From an uncultured Armatimonadia bacterium (GTDB lineage: Bacteria; Armatimonadota; Zipacnadia; CAVVLO01): a stretch of DNA of 64,000 nt. The notes under the pieces are model-generated. The model saw nothing but the letters and a program-made list of their open reading frames with translations. It did no database searches and was not told where the DNA came from. The position numbers and the translations under genes are program-made. The stretch is from the NCBI GenBank assembly GCA_963749155.1, contig CAVVLO010000002.1:384001-448000 (forward strand), in the 5' to 3' direction. Shown piece after piece: positions 36,869-45,933 of this stretch. The first letter of the stretch is position 1, and each line of letters starts with the position of its first letter.

Positions 36869-38310
36869 CCTGGTACTTCCTTATACAACCCCTTGCGAAG
36901 GTAAGCGCCTGGTCGCGGCTTGTCACAAGCCCTTCGGCACTGGCGGAGGCAAGTTCCTCCAGGCATAAAGAGACCAGTGGGCCCGGTTCCAGACCAAGCG
37001 CCTCGATGAGTTCCTCTCCAGTCATCCAGATGGGCGGGGCAAAAGCTTCTGTCTGCTCGAAGTAGTCCCTTAGCAGTTGCCTGGCATAACCAAGATAGCT
37101 TTCCAGCACTTCTGGCTTGAGAGCTGTACCTCGCGCTGCCAGTCTGTCTACCAGAGAAACCAGGATGACCTCGACCGAATAAGGCGAGGTGCGCCTGAAG
37201 AAGCTCAGCCGGTCGGCAGGAGTGGTGCGTTCTTCCCGCAAGAGCCAGGTGGATGTCCAGATGCCGACGTGTACATTTGGTGACCAGGTCGGCCTGGTCA
37301 GTTGAAAACTTTAACCGTTCAGCCAGCTCTTCGAGCAGTTCTACTCCGACCTCCTCATGCCTGGGGAAGCCAAAACCATATTCGCCCAGGCCTGTGGCGG
37401 TATCTGTCTTGCCCACATCATGCCACAGTGTTGCGAAGGTCAGCACATTGATACGAGGCGAGGCGCCGCGCACTGGCTGAGCCAGATATTTCTCAAGATT
37501 GGGCGCCAGGTCAGGGGCTATATCGAACTCCTCGAGCAGTCGGGCGAGTTCTGTCAGCGCCTGCAGCGTATGGTCATAGGCCGAGAGATGATGATTCCGG
37601 TTCTGCTCCAGTCCCTGCAGCGCCTTTACCTGGGGCAATACCTTTGCGAGCAGGCCCAGGTTGTCCATCAACTCTACGGCTTTCCTGGCTTGCCTCGGAG
37701 CAAGTGCCCGAAACAGTTCTTCGCGCAGTCGTTCGCCCGCGACGAGGGTGACCTCTTCGGCGTGTTTGCGAATATAACTGGCGGTCTCCCCTTCGACCAT
37801 AAGGTTGTAGTCCGCCGCAAGGCGCACTGCGCGCATATACCTGGCCGGGTCCATAGACAGATTCTTCAGCGCCACGGCGCGTAGTCGGCCAGCCACTAAA
37901 TCTTGCCGGCCGCCCAGTGGATCATAAACTTGCTTCTCATAGTTCCCGTCAAGGACTGCCGATATAGGCAGAGCCATTGCGTTGAGGGTGTAGTCTCGCT
38001 CCTTCAAATCATCAAGCAAGGTGCCGCGGATAGGCGCGAGGTCCAGCAGGCAGTTCTGTCCCGCCTCCTCCCAGGCAAGGCGCCTGGTCTGGAAACCACG
38101 TCGAAGCTCGAAAGCGCTGCCTCCGACTCGTTTGGCCAGCTCCTCCGCGATAACCAGATAATCGCCTGTTACCACTACATCCGCGTCCAGGACCTGCCGC
38201 CCGACGACGAGATCGCGCACTGCGCCGCCCACAAGATACGCTCCCGAATCCAGTTCGTGCAGGTGGCGCGCAACTTGCTGCAAGGTCTCCATGCTGAAGC
38301 AGTATTCCAC
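36858..38310 (-). CDS. CCA-adding/poly(A) polymerase-family nucleotidyltransferase with HD domain (apparent +1 base near 37248)
   Basis: LVGGAVRD, DADVV, ERDYTLNAMA, DPARYMRAVR, WHDVGK. Removing one C gives HLDIHWLLREERTT and joins ORF 36858-37241. Confidence 0.85.
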
Positions 38311-38334
38311 TTTGGACTCCCTTCTAGCGCCGGT

Positions 38335-38763
38335 CTAACCTGATGAAACCGAGAATATCAAATATCCCGTATCAGTTTGAATACAATTCAGGACAAGCCC
38401 GGCGCCGCCCTGTTTCGGTATCAACCTGACAAGCTGCCCGTTCTGGACTGGCTCTGGCGCTTCAATTGTATAGCCTCCAGCCACGTAACCGAGTCCCCCG
38501 AGTTCAGTCGCCTTGTCTTTGGTCATCTTCTGGATTATCTCGGTGCGTTGCTGAGGAGCGTACATCTCCCAGTCGGTCGAGTTCTGCTTGCACCAAAGCT
38601 CGATTGCGAACAGGTCCGCCGCTGCCGCCAGATCGCCTTTGCTCATCGCCGCATCGAAAGCCGCGGCGAGACTGGCTGCATCTCCGAAACTTGCTTGTTT
38701 CTTGCCGCAGCCAGCTATTACAACTGCCAGTGCCAGAACCAGAAACCAGGCCAGAGGTCTCAA
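38335..38763 (-). CDS. Hypothetical lipoprotein
   Basis: Signal peptide with lipobox IAG-C. Confidence 0.7.
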   Translation of the reverse strand: MRPLAWFLVLALAVVIAGCGKKQASFGDAASLAAAFDAAMSKGDLAAAADLFAIELWCKQNSTDWEMYAPQQRTEIIQKMTKDKATELGGLGYVAGGYTIEAPEPVQNGQLVRLIPKQGGAGLVLNCIQTDTGYLIFSVSSG

Positions 38764-39563
38764 TCGCGCGCCTCCCTGAGTGCCGCTACATAGAAAGCTC
38801 TATCCGAACGAGACCGTAAGGGTTCCAGGCTGTAGGCTTCATATACTTCAAGCAAGTCGAGGCCAGCTTCCCACAGCAAGCGCTGGATGGTCGCAACAGT
38901 ATACGCCCGCTGCCTATGATACTGCGTTATCTGTTTACACTGGCCTTCCAGCCGGAGTTCGAAATCAAGCCTGACCGTGCAGATATGCGTCTCGGGGTCA
39001 TATTTACCCCGCCATTTGTACTGGAGGAAATCCTGTTTATCCCACAGGTTATCCTGGTTGAACAGCTTGTTGACGAAGGCCACCTCGGTGTTGAGGTCAA
39101 AAATGAATAGCCCCTCGGGCGCAAGATGACTTGCCGCGCGTCGGAAAGCCTCTCCCAGTTCGTCTTCCTTCAGGATGTAGTTCAAGCTGTCGAAGACCGA
39201 GAAGATAGCATCGAACTGCTGACCCAGGTCCAGGCGTTCGGCTAGCTGAACTTCAAACTGGAAAGGCGTTGCCAGCATGGCGGCCTTGTTTCGCGCAACC
39301 TCGACCATCGCCGCCGAGGCGTCCACCCCTGCCACCTCATAGCCCCGGCTTGCCAGCTCAAAACTCATCGTGCCTGTGCCACAGGCCAGGTCCAGCAACC
39401 TGCGAGGTGTAATATGGTGGCGCGCGAAGAGCTGTTCGAGATAACTGGCCCATTCTGTATAACCTACCCGACGCATCAGATGGTCATAGAAAGGCGCCAG
39501 CACCTCGAACTGGTCTTCGAAAGCAGTGGAATCTGCCTCTTCGGTTATTGGTAGGTCTCCCAC
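38760..39563 (-). CDS. Class I SAM-dependent methyltransferase (start approximate)
   Basis: LLDLACGTG, GVDASAAM, DSLNY, GLFIFDLNT. Confidence 0.88.
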   Translation of the reverse strand: MGDLPITEEADSTAFEDQFEVLAPFYDHLMRRVGYTEWASYLEQLFARHHITPRRLLDLACGTGTMSFELASRGYEVAGVDASAAMVEVARNKAAMLATPFQFEVQLAERLDLGQQFDAIFSVFDSLNYILKEDELGEAFRRAASHLAPEGLFIFDLNTEVAFVNKLFNQDNLWDKQDFLQYKWRGKYDPETHICTVRLDFELRLEGQCKQITQYHRQRAYTVATIQRLLWEAGLDLLEVYEAYSLEPLRSRSDRAFYVAALREARD

Positions 39564-40036
39564 TTGAGCACGTCCTGCAGGCTGCGCTTGGCCGGCGGGG
39601 TTGGTGAGGCAGCCGGGATGCCAACTGGCACCAGGGCGAACAACCGCTTGGTCGCCGGGATCTTTAACAGCTTCTCGTATTCCTCGCGATGAGGCGCCAT
39701 TGCGCCTTGTATCCAACAGGCGCCATATCCCATTGCCGATATGACCAACAACATATTCTGGATGCCGGCGCTTGCGTCCTCAGCCCACCAGGTCGAGGTC
39801 GGGTCAGCCACTACTGCAATCACCGCGGCGGCGTTGCCAATAAAGCTCTGAGACTTCGCGAAGGCCTGGATTTTCGCCTTGTCGCGCACGATAACATAAT
39901 CTATCGGCTGGATATTACAACCGGAGGGAGCCATCCGGGCTGCATCCACCATCAGTTGCAGCTTGATTTCGGGCACCTCGCCCTCTTTGAAAGCGCGTAC
40001 GCTCCGGCGTTTCTTGATGATCTCCATAATCTCCAT
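39545..40036 (-). CDS. Nitroreductase-family protein
   Basis: IKKRRSVRAF, APSGCNIQP, GYGACW. Confidence 0.93.
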   Translation of the reverse strand: MEIMEIIKKRRSVRAFKEGEVPEIKLQLMVDAARMAPSGCNIQPIDYVIVRDKAKIQAFAKSQSFIGNAAAVIAVVADPTSTWWAEDASAGIQNMLLVISAMGYGACWIQGAMAPHREEYEKLLKIPATKRLFALVPVGIPAASPTPPAKRSLQDVLKWETYQ

Positions 40037-40054
40037 CTGGTCGTCTCTCCTTTA

Positions 40055-43000
40055 CTAACGACTCGGTAATTCACTTGTCGAGTGTAGCAGGTTTGAGAGT
40101 TGCTCAAGTCCTGCCTCGCGGCCGGCTGCATCAGAAAGCAGCCACAGATCCCAGGCCTGACTTTCGTCCGCTTCCAGGATTATCGGTGTCTGCTCTGGCA
40201 GTTGCTGGAAAGCGCGCCACTTGCCTGCTTCAAGCGTTCCCCGTTCTGCCGCAAGTTTTTGGCCGGCAAAGCTCAGTGAGCCTTCGCCCAGCACGCTGGC
40301 CAGTACTGCGCCCGAGGTCGCCAGGTCCTTCCCATCCAGCGCGACCAGCATTGAAAGCTCACTGGCCCGAGCCAGCTCTTTGCCGTCTACCTTAAAGCTG
40401 CCCTGCCCCTCAAGTGCCAGCACCTTGCCGTCCTCGCTGCACCAAACGAGGCCTGGCGAGAAGGCTGGTACTTCAAGCTCAATCTGCCTGCCGCAAAGCT
40501 CCAGCTTCGCCAGGTTCGGCTGGCTGCGCGACTTGTTGAACAATACCACGAAGCGCCCTGTCGTTGTCCAGCCCCGCATCGCATGGAGCTGCCTGCTGGC
40601 ATCATCAATCGCCGTGACAGAATCGCCAACCGGTGCAGTATCCAGCACATATTGATACAGCTTGCGAGTCGCATCGGCATCGTAGACTTCCACCGGCGCG
40701 GTCGAGTAGATGACCCGTCCAGCGCCCAGCCGATTTTCAACAAGGCCAGGCCCTGCTTCTGTCATCACCAAGGGGGTAGCCCCGGCCAACTGACCTCGCA
40801 CCGCGAGCACCAGACTGGACAGCCCTAACGGATTCTCGGTCGCCCTCGCCCTGTAGCCCTCGTCCACTTCACCTGGCGCGGAGCCCTGCTCGAGGAACTC
40901 CACTCCGCACAGCCTTGCCAGCCTGTCGGTCCGGGTCCGCTTGCGCAACTCATCGAAGGTCACATCTCCAGTGAGCAGCAAGGTGCCTCCACCTTCTACG
41001 AAGGCCACCAACTGGTCGAACACCTCATCGCTAAGCGTATAAGGCACCGGATAGATTAGCGTCTTCACTTCCGATGGCAACTGGTCCAGCCGGAACTCAT
41101 CGGCCACGAGGAAGTTGGCGTGCAGGTCCAGCAGCGCGTGGTTGGCGGTGTTCAGGGCTCCATTTACCCAGTTGCGCGAGTTGTCCCGCCGATGCTGGTT
41201 GGGAATCACCAGCGCCAGCGCCTCGGGTTTGTAGACAGGCTCCAGGTTGCCGAACAGAAGCGAGCAGGCCCGTCCAGCCAGTGCAGTCGCCTTGGGCACA
41301 TAGTCAAAGTTGTGGACCTGCCCCCAGGGGAAGACGCAGTCGTTCATATCCTTGAAACTCCAGTTGCAGGCCATCGAGGCGCCCATCCCCAAGGCATAGT
41401 GGTTCACAAGCTGGAACCACCGGGCCCCGCCAAGTGGCGTGTTGCCGTAGATGGAGTCATAGCCCGGTGTGCCGCCCCAGGCCTCGTGGATTTTCGCGCC
41501 GAACTCCCCGATGCTGAAACCTTTCCCGACAAAACGCGCATCCAGCAATTTCAGCAGGTCTACAAAGGTGTTGTAATCCGAATAGAGATGCACATTGGTG
41601 AAGTCGAGATACTCCGTTGGCGCGCGCCGGTCGGCGCTGGTCTCGTTGGGCAGGAATCCGACCGTGTAAGGATGCTCATCGCCCGATTCCCGCAGCCCGG
41701 CCAGGTTCTCCCTGACCCACTCGGTCAGCTTGAAGGCGCGATATTCGTCCATATCCAGCGACCGCACGGAAGGCCAACCCCCACTGCGTCGCTCGATTGG
41801 GGCCTTGCCCAGTTCGATACCCTCCGCTTCAGCGCCCCAGGCCGCTTCGAAAGCCGCCTGGTTGCCATATTTGGCCCGGAGGAACTCGTTCCACTGGGGC
41901 ACGAGTTGAGGGTGATTCAATATGTCGAGGTGAGGCTCGTTCTGCACGTCCCAGATAATCCCCGGAACGTCCTTGAGCAAGTCGCCCAATACTTTGGCAT
42001 ACTGGCGCTGCGCTGCCAGCTCCTCTGGCAGCAAGGTCTGCTCCATCCAGTCGTGCATACTGATGAAGAAGGCCACCTCATGCTGCTGTTGAAGCTGGGC
42101 AAAACCTTTATAAGCCCGCTCCAGCCACTCGGGCAGCTTCTCGATATTCAGGTCGGTCGGTTGGGCGGCAGGCTGACCCAGGCGCGACACGACATAGGGC
42201 GAGAGATGCAGCACTCGCTGCACGTTCATCCCCAGATCCTGCATCAACTGGAAGTCCTTTTCCCATTCAAGGGGGGTCTCGAAAGCTGAACAGAAGACCA
42301 TCCCCGTCTGGTTATTGCCCCAGAGATAGCGCGCTCTGTCGCCATCGCGGAAATAGTTGTCCTTGAAGGTAACCTCGAAGCCTTCCTGCATCTGCGCATC
42401 CGACAGCGCCACATACCCCAGCTCGTAGCGGTCGCGCACCGCGCCGGCCTCTTCCAGAGTCACGACCAGCTTTACCAGTCCAGCCTGCCCTTCAGGCGCG
42501 AGAAAAGCGACTTCACTTCTGGTGTGACCCTCTGCAGGCTTTACAACAGCAGGCTCGGTAGCAAGCAACCGCTTGTCTTGAGCCCAGGCTTCGACCCTTA
42601 CTGTAGCGGTCTGGTCGCCTCCCGAATAATTCGCCAGGTCACAGATTACCTTGACCTCTTCGCCAGGATTGTAAGCATAATAGCCAGTCTCCACTCGAGC
42701 CAGATAGAGTGGGGAGGCGATCTGTTTCATCGCCGCAACCAGGGCTTGCTGGACCGCGGGCTGTGCGGTGATGTCCTCTGAGGAACAGCCGGAGATCAAC
42801 CAGTTTGAGCCAGCGTAGGGCCCCGCATGGTTTTGTATCAGCGAAAGCAGGCTGCCCCGCGTCCTGCCGTCGGCATCCTGGGCCATCAGCAGCGGGCGAT
42901 AACGTCCATAAGGAACAGGGAACACCGCGCTGTTGCTGCCGAGCAGTCCGGCCGCCGCCCAGCCTTCGAAATTGCCTTCAAAAGTCTCCAGCCCAGCAGC

Positions 43001-44911
43001 AAGTGGATCGTCCGCAGGTACAGCCTTTGTGCCGAAATTCAGGGGATAGCTGCCATCGAAGGCGCCAATCTGAGTTGCTTCGAGCGCCAGGGCATCCTGG
43101 GCGTTGCCGTAGTGGGTGTTGATACGCACATCAAAAACCTCGCCTGGTAAACCGAGCAAAGAAGGATCGCTCTCCCCGGACACCAGCGCAATCGAAGCCA
43201 CGCCTGCTGGCCCCTCGGCGTTCAGTTCCAGAGGCAGCTCGTTCTTGCCGGCCCCAATTTCAGCCGGCAGTTCGACCTCGCCTCGCAAGACTCCCGGTCC
43301 TCCCTGCCATCGCGCGAGTTCTCTGCCGCCTGTCGAGAGAGTCAGAGTGGTCGTCGCTCCTGCTGGATTGACGCCAAAGCGCGCGGTCACTCGCACTTTC
43401 AGGCTGGTTTCGCTTCCCAACGGCAGGTTGGCGGTCGCTGGGCCTTCCAGCGCCCGCCCATCGCCGCCTCGTTTGCCCCAGGCGCCACCCAGCCGCTCAT
43501 CAGCTTCCGCGGAGGTCAAATCAAGCAGGAAACTGCCTGCTAGTCTCGCGAGAGAGTCCTTGCCCACCCAGGTATCCAGTGCTCGCACTACAGGATTGTC
43601 GAAGGCGTAGCCTCCTACCGAGACAAAGCTGCCCCCCTGTGAAAGATAGCTGATGAGAGCTTCACGGCCCTCTGCCGGGAAGGCTGGCCCATATGGCAGC
43701 ACAAGCAGTTTTACTTTTGCGGCGTTCAATAAATAGGGGTTGGTCAGATCGCCAGCTTTTACGAAGATTGGCTCGAAACCCGCCTGCCGTGCCAGGTCGG
43801 CCAGCAGGTCAGGATCGGCTGGCGCCGCCTTGTCGGTGGGCATATCGTCTCTTAACACCAAAGCAACTGGTTGACTGGTGAGGGGCAAAGTATCAGCCAG
43901 GGACTCGGGCCAGACGCGGAAGCTGAGCTTGGTTACTTTCATCCCAAGTTCACGGTCATCAGTGCCCAGCCCAAGCAGCTTGGGAGAGCGCGCTCCGACC
44001 TCTAGCACCAGTGGCTGTCCCTTATGCCGATTTCGAAGCGCTCCTTCCAGTGCAATCAAAAACACGCCAGGCGCCGTCACTTGCTCGCGATAGACTTCCT
44101 CCCCGCCGAGTGTCGCCACCAGTTCGTTGCCCTGAGCCAGGTCGCCCACCCCGATGGAGTTTGTCTGGAGGATTATCAAAACAAGTCCATCGGCAGGCAG
44201 CTCTGCCAGTTTTATCTCGGCTCTGCCACTCAGCCAGGTAGAATCAGCCTCTGGGCTGTACCAGCCTTCTCCCAGGTAGCGTCCAAGCTGGTCATTGCCC
44301 AGAGTCAGTGGAACCTCTACTGACTCGAAGGCCTTCTGCACTTCGAGCTTCGCGCCAAAATCAGGCACAATCCAGCCGATATCTTTTACCAGCGCGGTGA
44401 AGTCGCCAAAATTGCATCCAATCATTACCTTGTTGGCCGTTGTCTGCTGTTTCTGGCCGTTGCCGCGTGGCTCGTAGTTGAAGGTGGCAAGCGGCACGGT
44501 CAGGCTTTGCCACAGGCCAGTCGACCACTCGGCCAGAGAGCTGTTTGCCAGCCTCACCTCGGTAAGCCAGCCATCTCCATCCTCCTCACTTAGCCACAGG
44601 TGCAACTTGGCCAGCGGGGTAGCCGTTTCTACCAGTACTTTGAAGGTGATAGCAGTGGCGCCTGCAGGCAGGGTCGTCTCGTGAGCGATGTTGCCCCAAC
44701 CGCTAGGCGGATTGGTATACACCATACGCATAACTTGTCCAGTGTCAAAAGGGTCAGGCACGAGAGAAAGCGCCGGCGCAGCCCCTCCGTCCTGGCTATC
44801 ATGCCAGGCAAGTCCCGTTTCGAAATCGCTTAGCGCCACATAGCTGTCAGCCTTTGTGATTGCCACGACAAAAACTAGCAGCGCCAGACAAATAAGTATG
44901 CGAGAGTCCAC
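40055..44911 (-). CDS. Large secreted multidomain glycoside hydrolase (clan GH-A)
   Basis: Signal peptide, N-terminal CBM-like domain, WDVQNEP acid/base and IGEFG nucleophile motifs, GH42-like trimerisation region (FVEGGGTLL). Confidence 0.75.
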   Translation of the reverse strand: MDSRILICLALLVFVVAITKADSYVALSDFETGLAWHDSQDGGAAPALSLVPDPFDTGQVMRMVYTNPPSGWGNIAHETTLPAGATAITFKVLVETATPLAKLHLWLSEEDGDGWLTEVRLANSSLAEWSTGLWQSLTVPLATFNYEPRGNGQKQQTTANKVMIGCNFGDFTALVKDIGWIVPDFGAKLEVQKAFESVEVPLTLGNDQLGRYLGEGWYSPEADSTWLSGRAEIKLAELPADGLVLIILQTNSIGVGDLAQGNELVATLGGEEVYREQVTAPGVFLIALEGALRNRHKGQPLVLEVGARSPKLLGLGTDDRELGMKVTKLSFRVWPESLADTLPLTSQPVALVLRDDMPTDKAAPADPDLLADLARQAGFEPIFVKAGDLTNPYLLNAAKVKLLVLPYGPAFPAEGREALISYLSQGGSFVSVGGYAFDNPVVRALDTWVGKDSLARLAGSFLLDLTSAEADERLGGAWGKRGGDGRALEGPATANLPLGSETSLKVRVTARFGVNPAGATTTLTLSTGGRELARWQGGPGVLRGEVELPAEIGAGKNELPLELNAEGPAGVASIALVSGESDPSLLGLPGEVFDVRINTHYGNAQDALALEATQIGAFDGSYPLNFGTKAVPADDPLAAGLETFEGNFEGWAAAGLLGSNSAVFPVPYGRYRPLLMAQDADGRTRGSLLSLIQNHAGPYAGSNWLISGCSSEDITAQPAVQQALVAAMKQIASPLYLARVETGYYAYNPGEEVKVICDLANYSGGDQTATVRVEAWAQDKRLLATEPAVVKPAEGHTRSEVAFLAPEGQAGLVKLVVTLEEAGAVRDRYELGYVALSDAQMQEGFEVTFKDNYFRDGDRARYLWGNNQTGMVFCSAFETPLEWEKDFQLMQDLGMNVQRVLHLSPYVVSRLGQPAAQPTDLNIEKLPEWLERAYKGFAQLQQQHEVAFFISMHDWMEQTLLPEELAAQRQYAKVLGDLLKDVPGIIWDVQNEPHLDILNHPQLVPQWNEFLRAKYGNQAAFEAAWGAEAEGIELGKAPIERRSGGWPSVRSLDMDEYRAFKLTEWVRENLAGLRESGDEHPYTVGFLPNETSADRRAPTEYLDFTNVHLYSDYNTFVDLLKLLDARFVGKGFSIGEFGAKIHEAWGGTPGYDSIYGNTPLGGARWFQLVNHYALGMGASMACNWSFKDMNDCVFPWGQVHNFDYVPKATALAGRACSLLFGNLEPVYKPEALALVIPNQHRRDNSRNWVNGALNTANHALLDLHANFLVADEFRLDQLPSEVKTLIYPVPYTLSDEVFDQLVAFVEGGGTLLLTGDVTFDELRKRTRTDRLARLCGVEFLEQGSAPGEVDEGYRARATENPLGLSSLVLAVRGQLAGATPLVMTEAGPGLVENRLGAGRVIYSTAPVEVYDADATRKLYQYVLDTAPVGDSVTAIDDASRQLHAMRGWTTTGRFVVLFNKSRSQPNLAKLELCGRQIELEVPAFSPGLVWCSEDGKVLALEGQGSFKVDGKELARASELSMLVALDGKDLATSGAVLASVLGEGSLSFAGQKLAAERGTLEAGKWRAFQQLPEQTPIILEADESQAWDLWLLSDAAGREAGLEQLSNLLHSTSELPSR

Positions 44912-44924
44912 ACCAGGCCTCCTG

Positions 44925-45914
44925 TTAGAACAGCAACACTACTTTCAGACATTCGTCGGGATGCTCGCAGAAAAGCTCGAACCCCTGGGCGATCTCCTCG
45001 AAAGGCAGCTTGTGGGTCACCAGTCGGGCAGGATCGCAAGCAGAGGTCTTGATAAGCTGCAAATTGAGTTCCACATCCGAGCGCGCCAGGTACCAGGTGC
45101 CCATTACGCGCAGGCACTTGCGAATCAGGTCGTCAGAAGTGTGGATTTCCTTGGTAAAGTTTTCGCCCACAAAGACTACCTGGCCCCCTGAACAGACCGC
45201 GTTAAGCGCCTCGCGATTGGCCTTGCCGCAGCACTCAAACACCCACTCGGGACCAATCCCGCCAAACAGCGACTTGAGCTTGCCAACCGCCTCCTCGCCA
45301 GTACCGTTCACCAGATAGGCAGCGCCAAGCTCCGCGGCCTTGGCCAGGCGAAAGTCAACTGTATCCACCGAGGTCACAGTGACCCCTGTCGCCACCAGCG
45401 TCTGCACGCAGTTCAGCCCTATCGGCCCTGCGCCAAAAACAACCGCCGCCTCATCAGCCTTGATGCCACTAAGTCGCACCGCGCGCGCCGGAGTGCCCAG
45501 ATTATCGGTCACCAGGCAGCCCTGGACGTCTGTAAGCCAGTCAGGCAGCGCGTAGAGGTTGGTCGCGGGCGCAACAAAGTACTCCGCAAAACCTCCCGAG
45601 AGGCCTTTCTTGGTTTCACAATAAGCCCACTCGCCGCGCTTGCAACGCAGGCATTCACCACAGCCGGTCACGACCAGCGCAGTCACCCGGTCGCCCACCT
45701 TCCAGGTATTTACCCCCTCGCCCAGCGCCTCGACGGTGCCGCACATCTCATGCCCGTGAAGGGCTTCTCCTCCGCCGTTGAACCATAAGCCCTTGTCCGA
45801 GCCGCAGATAGCGCTGCAGGCATTCTTTACCAGCACCCAGCCTGGTGGGGCCTCGGGCAGGGGACGTTCTACGATTTCTACCGTCTTCGGGGCAGGAAAC
45901 AGCGCGACTCTCAT
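44925..45914 (-). CDS. Zinc-binding (MDR) dehydrogenase
   Basis: ICGSD, GHEMCG, CGEC..C..G....C, GAGPIG. Confidence 0.93.
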   Translation of the reverse strand: MRVALFPAPKTVEIVERPLPEAPPGWVLVKNACSAICGSDKGLWFNGGGEALHGHEMCGTVEALGEGVNTWKVGDRVTALVVTGCGECLRCKRGEWAYCETKKGLSGGFAEYFVAPATNLYALPDWLTDVQGCLVTDNLGTPARAVRLSGIKADEAAVVFGAGPIGLNCVQTLVATGVTVTSVDTVDFRLAKAAELGAAYLVNGTGEEAVGKLKSLFGGIGPEWVFECCGKANREALNAVCSGGQVVFVGENFTKEIHTSDDLIRKCLRVMGTWYLARSDVELNLQLIKTSACDPARLVTHKLPFEEIAQGFELFCEHPDECLKVVLLF

Positions 45915-45933
45915 TTGGGCATTTTCTCCCTGG

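Noticed and set aside
41120..42289. Long plus-strand ORFs (also 14699-15580, 49147-50250, 56696-57568, 57889-58626, 62208-63305)
   Set aside because: All are antisense to well-supported genes, as expected from codon bias in GC-rich DNA.
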